A stretch of DNA of 59,159 nt, filler included. It is 4 parts of 4 records of this genome, joined end to end, with 100 filler letters (N's around TTAATTAATTAA, not from the genome) between each part and the next. Parts side by side here need not be neighbours in the genome. Positions count along the whole stretch, not along the records: positions 14,928 to 29,924 come from SRR22947727_3389; 3 more parts are not named here. The stretch is one strand, 5' to 3'. Made by a program: the position numbers and the translations under genes. Under the pieces are notes generated by a model that was given only the letters and a program-made list of their open reading frames with translations, did not search any database and had not been told where the DNA came from. Positions 19,817 to 29,003 of the stretch are shown here, piece by piece; the first letter of the stretch is position 1, and each line of letters opens with the position of its first letter.

Positions 19817-22021
19817 TCAGGCCAGCTTAAGGGGTAGCGATCGCAACCGTTGCCCTGTTGCCTTAAATACCGCGTTCGCAACCGCCGGGGCAATCGGCGG
19901 CAATCCTGGCTCTCCTACCCCGGTAGGCTCTGTACCACTGTCGACGATCACGACCTCAATCTCAGGCGACTCATCCATGCGCAACATCCGGTAGTCATGG
20001 AAATTACTTTCTTTGACGGCACCGGCATCAAGATTCAAATCACCATAGAGCGCTGCTGTGAGGCCATAAATAATGCCGCCCTCCATTTGTGACCGCACAA
20101 TGTCTGGATTAACCGCCTGACCGCAGTCGACCACGCAGGTCACTTTGTGAACGCGGATCTGACCGTTCTCTACCGACACCTCGGCAATCTCTGCCACGTC
20201 GGTCGCAAAGGAGTGGTGCATCGCCATGCCAAGATGATGCCCCTCAGGCACCGCCATCTGCGCCATTCGCTCGCCGGCGATGCGAATCACATTTTGCCGG
20301 CGTGGGCTACCTTGGGTGTTCTGCAGTCGAAAGGTCACCTCGTCAATACCCGCCGCCTGAGCGATCTCATCAATCATGGACTCCTTAGCAAACGCCGTAT
20401 AGGAGTGCCCCACCGCCCGCCAAAAAGTGAGCGGCAAGCCGTGGTCTACGGTCATGTGCGTCACACGAGTATTGGGCTGATCGTAGTCTTCAAACAGACC
20501 TTCAGTGCTCGACTCATCCGTCGAGAAATTCTCGAAAAACATCTCACTGGCATTCGCCACGCCTTCCACGAGAAAGTCGGCTAACCAAGGGTACATAGCG
20601 GGCAATAATGTTCGGAAAGTATCCGGCGATATATTGGCTCCCGCGCGGGCGGTATCCCACGCGACCAATTGGCCGCTCTCATCCACCCCCGCCTTGATTC
20701 TCATCAGCGATGCCGGTCGGAACGGCCCCTGACGAATATCATCCTCTCGCGTCCAGACCAACTGAATCGGCTTACCGGTCTGTTTGGCCACATCAGCGGC
20801 TTCCGCCAAGTGCGTGACAGTGCCACGGCGGCCAAAACCACCACCGAGATAGGTTTGATGAAAGCGCACGTTCTCTGCTGGGATATCAGCCATCCGTGAT
20901 ACCAGCCCTGCCACCGCAAATGGGAACTGGATGCCGGTCCATACGTCGGCTTCCTCACCTTGAATGCGCACAACGGCATTCATGGGTTCCATGGGCGAAT
21001 GGGATAACAACGGCGCCCAATAATCTGCCTCTTGAACCGTAGTTGCCTTAGCGAATGCCGTTTGCACATCGCCCTCATCCGGGCCCTCAACGCCCTCGCC
21101 AGCATCCAATGCTGCGGCATAGTCAGCGCGAAGCGTTGCCGTATCGACGCGACTGAGATCCGTTTCCTCCCACTCGACTTGCACTTTTGAAGCGGCCTGA
21201 GTGGCTTGCCAAAAACTCTCTGCCACTACCGCGACGCCGCTGGCTACGTCCACAACATCGGTCACACCGGGCATGGCGCGCGCGGCAGCCGTATCCGCCC
21301 TCAACTTCTTTGCGCCGGCCACGGGGGGTCGAACCACCACGGCGTAGTGCAGATCGGGAATATCAATATCTAAACCGAACTCGGCGGTACCAGTCGACTT
21401 CGAAATCGCGTCTACACGCCGGCTTACACGGCCGATGTACTGAAATTCATCCGCCGGTTTGAGCGGCGCATCCGCGGCGATGGTTAATGTCGATGCCGAC
21501 TCAATAAAATCGGCATAGGGATAGTGCTTACCTGCGTATATCACCTGACCATTATCAGTACTCAAGGCGGTCAACTCGGCACCTAAGTCACTGGCTGCGG
21601 CCTGCAGGATCAGCATTCTCGTGTTAGCGCCGGCCTGTCGCATCGGCAAAAAGTGCGCTCTGGTCGAACTGCTGCCACCGGTTCCTTGCATACCAAACAG
21701 CGGGTTGTTGTAGTCCTCATGAGCGCTCGCCAACCGGACATCCATATCGAGCGGGTTCACATCTAGCTCCTCACCGAGCAAGGTCGCCAGACCGGTCGTC
21801 ACCCCCTGCCCCATCTCGGCGCGAGCAGTGTAAAACCGCACGGTGTTATCGGGCAAAATTTGCACAAACGCATTGGCGGTCCAGGCTCTCTCGGTAGCCG
21901 CAACCGGCAATGGCATGGCGCTACTCGAACAACCGCTGAGACTAAAACCGACAACCACCCCCCCACCAGCCACCGCGGAAGACTGCAAAAAACGACGACG
22001 CGAGACATTAACTGTGTTCAT
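19817..22021 (-). CDS. Molybdopterin-binding subunit, isoquinoline 1-oxidoreductase beta (IorB)-like aldehyde/xanthine oxidoreductase family
   Basis: Tat motif SRRRFLQ; AEMGQG, TGGSSS, LGGGFGRR, GVGEPGLPP motifs. Confidence 0.9.
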   Translation of the reverse strand: MNTVNVSRRRFLQSSAVAGGGVVVGFSLSGCSSSAMPLPVAATERAWTANAFVQILPDNTVRFYTARAEMGQGVTTGLATLLGEELDVNPLDMDVRLASAHEDYNNPLFGMQGTGGSSSTRAHFLPMRQAGANTRMLILQAAASDLGAELTALSTDNGQVIYAGKHYPYADFIESASTLTIAADAPLKPADEFQYIGRVSRRVDAISKSTGTAEFGLDIDIPDLHYAVVVRPPVAGAKKLRADTAAARAMPGVTDVVDVASGVAVVAESFWQATQAASKVQVEWEETDLSRVDTATLRADYAAALDAGEGVEGPDEGDVQTAFAKATTVQEADYWAPLLSHSPMEPMNAVVRIQGEEADVWTGIQFPFAVAGLVSRMADIPAENVRFHQTYLGGGFGRRGTVTHLAEAADVAKQTGKPIQLVWTREDDIRQGPFRPASLMRIKAGVDESGQLVAWDTARAGANISPDTFRTLLPAMYPWLADFLVEGVANASEMFFENFSTDESSTEGLFEDYDQPNTRVTHMTVDHGLPLTFWRAVGHSYTAFAKESMIDEIAQAAGIDEVTFRLQNTQGSPRRQNVIRIAGERMAQMAVPEGHHLGMAMHHSFATDVAEIAEVSVENGQIRVHKVTCVVDCGQAVNPDIVRSQMEGGIIYGLTAALYGDLNLDAGAVKESNFHDYRMLRMDESPEIEVVIVDSGTEPTGVGEPGLPPIAPAVANAVFKATGQRLRSLPLKLA

Positions 22022-22512
22022 GCGGTCTCTCCTGCTGGGGGTGTCGCATCGTAGGCGAGGGCATTCTCACTCACGGATTGGATCGCTCGTTTGATTCTAG
22101 GGTAGCAACCACAACGACAAATATTGCCCGACATCGCCGCATCGATATCGGCACCAGTGGGGTTAGGGTTGGCGTCTAGCAGTGCCGCGGCAGCCATAAT
22201 CTGGCCCGACTGGCAGTAGCCACATTGGGGCACCGCATACTCATGCCAAGCTGCTTGCAAGGGGTGCAAATCATCCGGCGTACCGAGGCCTTCGATCGTC
22301 GTGATCGACTTACCCGCGACTGCCGCGATCGGCGTGACACAGGTTTTTATGGCGGCGCCATCGACATGCATGGTGCAGGCCCCACACAAGCCAGCGCCAC
22401 AACCAAACTTAGACCCTTTTAATTTAAACGCATCGCGCACTACCCATAACAAAGGGGTGCTGTCGTCGACATCAGTCGATACCGTTTCGCCATTAAGCGT
22501 AAATGAAATCAT
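22018..22512 (-). CDS. (2Fe-2S)-binding subunit, IorA-like
   Basis: GCGAGLCGAC..C and QCGYCQSG..CRC motifs; coupled to both neighbours by start/stop overlaps. Confidence 0.92.
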   Translation of the reverse strand: MISFTLNGETVSTDVDDSTPLLWVVRDAFKLKGSKFGCGAGLCGACTMHVDGAAIKTCVTPIAAVAGKSITTIEGLGTPDDLHPLQAAWHEYAVPQCGYCQSGQIMAAAALLDANPNPTGADIDAAMSGNICRCGCYPRIKRAIQSVSENALAYDATPPAGETA

Positions 22513-23174
22513 CAAGCGTTTACTCCTGAGTGAGATAAAGCGTCTGCCCGCACACCTGCAATAATGTGGCGGGCGGTACTAACGAAAAGCGGTTTGGCAG
22601 AAAATTGATCCACCAAGTTTCTGACATCCTCGGGTAAGGCTTCTTCAGCAACATTGGGTCCCTGATCCGTCACTGCGGTGCCCACTAACAGCACCACTAA
22701 GGACTGCAGTAGCGCAAAACTGGTCTCGAGGTCGATCGCCAGTGCGGTCGCTGTAGGCACGGCAACTGACTCCATTTGTTGGTGGAAGGTACGTTTGGTC
22801 TCAATAAAGCGATCAATCGCCACGTTATGTTCGATGGTTTGCTCGAGTCTCGCGATCAGGCACATCAAGTTCTCAACCCCATAGGCCGCGGCAAAAAACC
22901 GCTCGGCATAGTCGCCATCGGTCATGCCCGCCCGCAACTCAGGGCGCAACGTCTCGATCCACTGATCGACATAGCGGGCGCAGAGGGCGAGCAGGACTTC
23001 CTCTCGGGTGGTGAAGTACAGATACAGCGTGCCTTTGGCCACATCGGCTCGGCGAGCCAAGGGCGCCATCGCAAACCCGTCGTAGCCAGTTTCGGTCAAT
23101 AGCGTGTGCGCCGCCTCCAATATCTGATCGCGACGGAAACTTTTTTGCTCGTTGGTGCGGGCCCGGGTCGACAT
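22512..23174 (-). CDS. TetR/AcrR family transcriptional regulator
   Basis: N-terminal HTH LARRADVAKGTLYLYF. Confidence 0.9.
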   Translation of the reverse strand: MSTRARTNEQKSFRRDQILEAAHTLLTETGYDGFAMAPLARRADVAKGTLYLYFTTREEVLLALCARYVDQWIETLRPELRAGMTDGDYAERFFAAAYGVENLMCLIARLEQTIEHNVAIDRFIETKRTFHQQMESVAVPTATALAIDLETSFALLQSLVVLLVGTAVTDQGPNVAEEALPEDVRNLVDQFSAKPLFVSTARHIIAGVRADALSHSGVNA

Positions 23175-23207
23175 GAGTGATCTCTATTTATCGTCCCGCT
23201 CATAATA

Positions 23208-23224
23208 ACTGACCCGGAGTCATT
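23208..23224. promoter_or_regulatory. Candidate TetR operator
   Basis: Palindrome TGAC-N5-GTCA (23210-23222) about 36 bp upstream of the tetR start, next to a -10-like TATTAT on the minus strand. Confidence 0.4.
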
Positions 23225-23371
23225 AGCAAGCTCAGCGTTAACAGCGGGCAGGTCGAGCAGCTCGTTCAGAAGTGAGACTGAAACGGCGCCGTTGGCGGAA
23301 CAAATCATAACAAGCAGAGAGAAAAAGGCGGCGCGGCAGAGGCACTGAGATACGCGGCCTACCACACGCGT

Positions 23372-23406
23372 AGCGGCGACGGCAGATTGACTCCTCCGTC
23401 GCCGCT
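23372..23406. repeat. Perfect 11-bp inverted repeat
   Basis: AGCGGCGACGG-N13-CCGTCGCCGCT. Confidence 0.75.
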
Positions 23407-23448
23407 GTTGTGGCTCTGGACACTATCACCATAACCATGCGGCTAAGC

Positions 23449-23508
23449 CCTATGGGTTATGACCTAATGGGCTGTGGGCTAATGGGCTGTGGGCTAACGG
23501 GCTGTGGG
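23449..23508. repeat. 15-bp tandem repeat (3 near-perfect copies + 1 degenerate)
   Basis: CCTATGGGTTATGAC CTAATGGGCTGTGGG CTAATGGGCTGTGGG CTAACGGGCTGTGGG. Confidence 0.85.
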
Positions 23509-23594
23509 CGACGACCGATGAGCACTTGGGTGTTAACAAATCGATCGATGGCACACCCCAAGCATTGTCCTGCCCGACGCTATCCGGGCCGACG

Positions 23595-24614
23595 TTATTC
23601 TGGATCGGCCACCTTAAGCAATTGCTTGCCCAAATTTTTACCGGTAAACAAGCGCTGCAATGTGCTGGGAATGTTCTCAAACCCTTCTTGCATATCAACC
23701 TGATACTTCAAGTCGCCGGTGCCAATCCATCCGAGCAGGTCCTTGATCGCCTCCCCCGCTCGAGCGTAATAATCCAGCACGATAAAACCCTCCATGCGAC
23801 TCCGCATGATCACCAAATTCATAATATTGCTGGGGCCCGGCTGAGGCTCGGTCGCGTTGTAATTGGCAATGCCACCGCACATCACCACACGTGAGCGCAA
23901 ATTCAGGTGATTCAACGCCGCCTCGAGGGTGCCACCACCGACGTTATCGAAAAACACGTTCCATTTTTCAGGACACGCCTCGGCGATTTGCTGATCCAAG
24001 TTGCCCAGCTTATAATCGATCGCGTGGTCGAAGCCCGCTTCGTTGGTGAGCCAGGCACATTTTTCAGGACCACCGGCAATACCCACAACGCGACAACCCT
24101 TAATCTTGGCGATCTGCCCTGCCACTGAACCCGTGGCACCGGCAGCGCCCGACACCAATACCGTCTCGCCCGGTTGCGGATTACCCAGATCCAGCAAACC
24201 AAAATAAGCGGTGAGGCCCGTCACACCCAATACGGACAACATCATTTCTGGGGGCGCGCCTTCAGGGACAGGTCGTATACTGGAAGGCGGGTGCGAGGGG
24301 TCAACCACCGCGTAGTCCTGCCAACCATTAGTGGCCTGCACCAACTGACCCTCCGTAAAGTCTGGGTGGTTCGATTTAACAACCTGCGCCACACAGCCGG
24401 CGCGCATGGGCTCACCAATCTGCACCGGTGGCAAGTAGCTTTCCCGATCCATCGTCCAACCGCGCTGGGTAGGATCAAAAGAAAACATCAGGTTGCGGAT
24501 TAGGACCTCGCCCTCACCGGGCTCAGGAATAGTCGTCTCCACATATTTGAAATGCTCGGGACCGATCATGCCCACAGGGCGATTATCCAAAAGCCATTGT
24601 CGATTGATTGTCAT
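23595..24614 (-). CDS. NADP-dependent oxidoreductase (prostaglandin reductase/CurA-like MDR)
   Basis: GVTGLTAYFGL, VSGAAGATGS, GIAGGPEKC, FFDNVGG, LFTGKNLGK. Confidence 0.92.
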   Translation of the reverse strand: MTINRQWLLDNRPVGMIGPEHFKYVETTIPEPGEGEVLIRNLMFSFDPTQRGWTMDRESYLPPVQIGEPMRAGCVAQVVKSNHPDFTEGQLVQATNGWQDYAVVDPSHPPSSIRPVPEGAPPEMMLSVLGVTGLTAYFGLLDLGNPQPGETVLVSGAAGATGSVAGQIAKIKGCRVVGIAGGPEKCAWLTNEAGFDHAIDYKLGNLDQQIAEACPEKWNVFFDNVGGGTLEAALNHLNLRSRVVMCGGIANYNATEPQPGPSNIMNLVIMRSRMEGFIVLDYYARAGEAIKDLLGWIGTGDLKYQVDMQEGFENIPSTLQRLFTGKNLGKQLLKVADPE

Positions 24615-24858
24615 GGTTCTCTCCGCATCATGTTTTAGCCCTGTTCACCTCCGCAGGCATTAGTGCCCCGGTTGGTTCACCTTGCCTGTGAGGTGTGTCG
24701 TTTTCAGACCCCGCACCATACAACATTGAAGATCACTTGTAAGTTGCGAGGCCGGTTGGGAACGCCTATCGATTCGCGCCGCTTCTTAACGTATGCGTAG
24801 CGCCAGCAGCCGGCGGGTCAGACAACGCAGCTCGTCTGCTCGGCAGAGCGCGGTGCCA

Positions 24859-25170
24859 TTACCCGGGAGGCAATACTTCCCAGTCGGGCGACTCGAACTC
24901 CCCGATAAAGTGAATCGTTACAAACGGCGCCTGGGCTTGAATAATATGCTGCACCTCCTTAGGCATAAGTGCACCTGAGGCATCCCGCGCGGCCTTACTC
25001 TCCCACGTCGCGATCGCCAAAGCGGTGCGCTCATCACCGATCTTGCGGTGCAGGCGCGTACCCTGCGCACCCGGCGCCTGTTGAATCAGCTCACTCGCCT
25101 TTACCCAGGCCTCGGCATATTGCTCGATGGTGTATCCGGGCTTGGCGGTGACTTCGAATAGATAGTGCAT
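24859..25170 (-). CDS. ABM (dimeric alpha/beta barrel) family protein
   Basis: 103 aa; PGAQGTRLHR...AIATWESKAARD pattern. Confidence 0.65.
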   Translation of the reverse strand: MHYLFEVTAKPGYTIEQYAEAWVKASELIQQAPGAQGTRLHRKIGDERTALAIATWESKAARDASGALMPKEVQHIIQAQAPFVTIHFIGEFESPDWEVLPPG

Positions 25171-25261
25171 ACCCTGCCCTGCTTAAGGAATTCGATTCAT
25201 GATAACGGCTACCCTTACACTACAACATGTCACCAAAAACCCCCCTTAGTTCGAGGCTCAT

Positions 25262-25284
25262 AAAAAAACCCCGCAGTAGCGGGG
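25262..25284 (-). terminator. Rho-independent terminator
   Basis: Minus strand CCCCGC-TACT-GCGGGG-TTTTTTT, downstream of the FN3 remnant. Confidence 0.8.
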
Positions 25285-25331
25285 AGATTTGACGAACTCC
25301 TCTTGACACTCAAGAGCAGCGTTGCGAGGGC

Positions 25332-25541
25332 TTACGCGATGTGCAAACGTCGATAACCCAACCCACCGATCAGCACTGACAACAGGGCAAATAACCATAG
25401 CGGAAGCGGCACGGGCACTGCAGTGGCAGTGGGTGTGACCGACACCCCCTCAGAGGGAGAGCTTTCACCGTTTGTATTCACCGCTTTTAAACTGAGCGAG
25501 TAGGACTTGCCGTTGGTCAAGCCCGTGACAGTAATCGGCAT
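25332..25541 (-). pseudogene. C-terminal remnant of a surface protein: half FN3 domain plus exosortase-type sorting signal
   Basis: PITVTGLTNGKSYSLSLKAVNTNGESSPSE (FN3 C-half), then VPVPLPLW-TM-YRRL; no signal peptide or FN3 N-half upstream. Confidence 0.6.
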
Positions 25542-25923
25542 TGCCAAGCTGATCACCACGATGATCGGCATGGCCAGGAGAATGCCGTCGAGCAACAACG
25601 AACCCCGATAGATCTTTTCTCTTACCGTCAGAATTTATTATTGGTGCCAAGCCAGTCGCGGTGATATCGAAGGTTTAATCAAAGAGCGAGGTTTCATGAT
25701 TCCCCGGGACTCAATGCGGTAACAGCCCCATTAATTTGTGGCCAACTCTGCCCTCCGATTGCCCTGAAAAATGGTTCGCTAGATGATCGCTGGCGTCACA
25801 AGGCAGATTTGGTAATAACCGGAGAATCGCGAAGTAGCGAGGTCTGAAGGCTATTTTTTAAGACGGCGCAGAAAGAACGATAAATCAGTGCCATAGGGGA
25901 GAAGCTCGGACTGCACCTCCCAG

Positions 25924-27564
25924 CTATGACAGCTTGCGCGCGCCAGCACGGCATTGCATAAGCGGACCTGTGGTGGTCGTGTAAGTCGGCAACGCCACAT
26001 CCGACACGAAGCGCCACTGGCTGATCATGGCCTCGGGTGTCAGTGTCATCTCTGTCCAGCCACGTTGAGCGGTGTCCACCGCGGCCAGCTCTGGGCTGCT
26101 CTCGAGCAGCAAGCTCGCCATCTCGGTGGACGGCATCGGCAGGTACGTTTCTAAACCGGGGCTAGTCACGCCTGGGGTGCCTATCTCAACACCCACTGCC
26201 TTACCTTTGTTGTCTGCTAGATTAAAGGCCCACCCATTGTGCGTATCCCCCGCCAAAGAAATGGGGTTAGACGCCGATTTGAGCAGCGCTCGATAGAGCC
26301 GTGTGCGCGCCGCAGGGTAACCATCCCAAGCATCCGAATTTAGCGGCAAACCCAACGGAGCGAGTTGCTGCGCGCTCTCAACACGAGCGCGGCTATAGTC
26401 TGACAGCGTCATGCTAGCTAATGCATCGGCAGGAATTTCCGGAATGCTCAGCTTACCCATGAGAACCTGCTGCCCGAGCACCTGCCAAACGGAGCCACGC
26501 TTTTTACTGGCGGTTAGCTGGCGCGCCAGCCACTCTTCCTGAGGCTTACCCAAGAGGGTGCGTTTTGAGGCATTGAGTCGTTTTTGTAAAAACTCATGCA
26601 CGTCATCCTCGGGCTTGAGGTCGCGAAGATAATTAAGCTGTTGATCACGTCCGACCAAACGGGTGTCCAACATGATGAGATCTGCCAAGTTACCGACCTG
26701 AAAGGACCGATAAATCACCCCTTGATCCCCTTCGGCGGGCGGGCGAATCGGCAACCATTCGTGGTAGGCCTGCCGCGCCGCATGAACGCGGGCAGCAAAA
26801 TCCCCCTCACCCTCATTATGATTTTCGGCTCCCTTGCGCCACGTATCATTCATGATTTCGTGGTCATCCCACACCGTAATCCACGGATGGGCCGCATGCG
26901 CTGCCTGCAGATCAGGATCACTGCGGTATAACCCGTAACGCATCCGGTAATCCTCGAGGACCAATAGCTCGTGCTCAGGGGTGACCTGTCTGCCGTACCC
27001 TTGCTCAACCGCTGGATTAACGTATTCGCCCACCGGGTATTCGTAAATGTAGTCGCCCAAATGCAAGATCGCATCGAGCTCAGCCTTAGCCATTTCGCGA
27101 TAAGCGTGAAAGAACCCCTGAGGATAATTAGAGCAAGACGCCACGCCGAGCTTAAACTGTGACACATCACCTACCGGCAGCGTGCGGGTGCATCCTACGG
27201 GCGAGGTCACGCCCTCTGCCACAAATCGGTAACAGTAAGACTGCCCCGGCTGTAAGCCCTTAGCGTCTACTTTGACGGTGTAATCGCGCTCGGGGGTGGC
27301 CGTGGCGGTACCGCTCGCTACAAGGGTTGTGAACTCAGCTGTGGGCGCAATTTCCCACCGGCAACCTACTGCACGCACCGCGCCGTCACCCGGCAACAGC
27401 CTCGTCCAGAGCATCACGCGGTCAGCCAAGGGATCACCACTGGCCACGTGGTGCGTAAAGTGCACCGGGCTGGCCTCGGTAACGGCAAAGCCCCTCAAAG
27501 GCAAAGCGCTGAGTGCAGTACCGGCAGCCTTTATTAGGGTGCGGCGGCGAAACGGTGCTGGCAT
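25924..27564 (-). CDS. phoD: Alkaline phosphatase D (Tat-exported)
   Basis: FRRRTLIK Tat motif; HVASGDP, LHLGDYIYE, WDDHE, DAWDGY, AGDTH. Confidence 0.93.
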   Translation of the reverse strand: MPAPFRRRTLIKAAGTALSALPLRGFAVTEASPVHFTHHVASGDPLADRVMLWTRLLPGDGAVRAVGCRWEIAPTAEFTTLVASGTATATPERDYTVKVDAKGLQPGQSYCYRFVAEGVTSPVGCTRTLPVGDVSQFKLGVASCSNYPQGFFHAYREMAKAELDAILHLGDYIYEYPVGEYVNPAVEQGYGRQVTPEHELLVLEDYRMRYGLYRSDPDLQAAHAAHPWITVWDDHEIMNDTWRKGAENHNEGEGDFAARVHAARQAYHEWLPIRPPAEGDQGVIYRSFQVGNLADLIMLDTRLVGRDQQLNYLRDLKPEDDVHEFLQKRLNASKRTLLGKPQEEWLARQLTASKKRGSVWQVLGQQVLMGKLSIPEIPADALASMTLSDYSRARVESAQQLAPLGLPLNSDAWDGYPAARTRLYRALLKSASNPISLAGDTHNGWAFNLADNKGKAVGVEIGTPGVTSPGLETYLPMPSTEMASLLLESSPELAAVDTAQRGWTEMTLTPEAMISQWRFVSDVALPTYTTTTGPLMQCRAGARKLS

Positions 27565-27675
27565 GACAGACCTCGAACACGGTTGGTTACGGTAAGAATA
27601 GGCCCGTCTGCTCGACAATGCACGTAGCAAAATGGCGCTGGGGAGGCGACCTAGGCGCCGACGTCACTCATGTTG

Positions 27676-28947
27676 TTAATCTGAGAAGGAAGGCCGCAGG
27701 GTCAGGCTAATACTGATAAAAGGCGAGCTACTGACGTCAATCGCCGGGCCTGCGATATCGCCATCGTTGATCGATAAACCCCGCAAGCCTCCCATGCCCG
27801 CCGTGGCTTCCATCCACAGCGCCCCGCTAAGACGTCGGGCGCCACCAACACCAAAATCGAAACCGCTGAGGTTTAATCCGACGGCACCGGTGCTGCTATT
27901 GACCGCCCAACTGGAACCTGAGTAAGACGCCCCAGCCGAAACAAACCAATCTTTACTGGGGGCATAAATCACCTGGGGCCAAGGCAAGATGGCGCTCACA
28001 CTCCACGCCTGGTTGATAATCAGCGAGGCCCCAATATAAGGGAGCCATGTCGTACCAAAATCGGAGTCGTCAAACACCACACCCAACAACCACCACAGGC
28101 GATCGTTGCGGGTATAACGCGCTAGCGCGCCCCCCATTACTTGCCAGTAATCTTTACGTCGCTCCCCTAAACTCGAGCGATGATGGACCGGCAGTATCCC
28201 ACCCATCAGCTGCCAATCATTGGTGAGTTGATATAAGTAACCCGCTGCAATGCCCGCACTGGTGGTCGAGAAGTCCTCTCCATTTTCGACAGTAAAATCG
28301 GAGTAAGCCAGGTACTCCCCTAACACCACCATGCTGCGCTTATTCAATAAAAACGGTACGCCGGCATACTGACTCGCGGTGTTGACCTGATATCGCTTAC
28401 CCGCGACGTCAGGGGTCGCGCCCTCCTCACTGACCATGGCGTCGTCGTAATAATCGCTGCCCAGTAACGCCACGGGCAAGAAAGCGGCATTACTCAACCC
28501 CCGCACAAACACCAGCTCTGACTCGGCAAAGGCTTGAGCCGCTTGCGCAATGATATTGTCATCGGCCTCGACGACTTCTGTGGTCAGTTCGTGGGCGTCT
28601 GGGATAGGGGGTGACGCCAAGGTGATGTTCGTCGATGCTTCAGTCGTTTGACGCTCTGCTACTGCCGGTGAGACTGGATCGTGAAGAGCGGGAGCATCCA
28701 GCGTCTCTATCCCGCCCTCGGGCAGTGAGGCCTTATCGGAAATGCTCTCAGCAGCCAGCGCCTGAGTGGCGGCCAAAGCAACAGAAAGAGTCGATGCGAC
28801 AATCCACCACAGGGCGGGCAAAAACAATGTAGGGGGCTTGGGCAACTCAATAATCCTGTCAGGCGCGAGCAAACGGCGCGGGCATATTACCTCACTCGGC
28901 CCCTCTCTGATCAACGAAAGACGCGTTATGCTACCCACCTTATTCAT
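27676..28947 (-). CDS. Putative outer-membrane beta-barrel protein (DUF6268-like); start uncertain
   Basis: Signal-like segment, acidic linker, then alternating aromatic beta-strand pattern. Confidence 0.5.
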   Translation of the reverse strand: MNKVGSITRLSLIREGPSEVICPRRLLAPDRIIELPKPPTLFLPALWWIVASTLSVALAATQALAAESISDKASLPEGGIETLDAPALHDPVSPAVAERQTTEASTNITLASPPIPDAHELTTEVVEADDNIIAQAAQAFAESELVFVRGLSNAAFLPVALLGSDYYDDAMVSEEGATPDVAGKRYQVNTASQYAGVPFLLNKRSMVVLGEYLAYSDFTVENGEDFSTTSAGIAAGYLYQLTNDWQLMGGILPVHHRSSLGERRKDYWQVMGGALARYTRNDRLWWLLGVVFDDSDFGTTWLPYIGASLIINQAWSVSAILPWPQVIYAPSKDWFVSAGASYSGSSWAVNSSTGAVGLNLSGFDFGVGGARRLSGALWMEATAGMGGLRGLSINDGDIAGPAIDVSSSPFISISLTLRPSFSD

Positions 28948-29003
28948 TGCTAAGCGCTGCGAGTCTGTTTAGTGAGCTGACTGTGGCATCGAAGGCCCTC
29001 GTT

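Noticed and set aside
23410..23703. ORF encoding LMGCG repeats, as a possible Cys-rich or RiPP precursor peptide
   Set aside because: A translation of the 15-bp DNA repeat; it runs antisense into the oxidoreductase, and no modification or export genes are nearby
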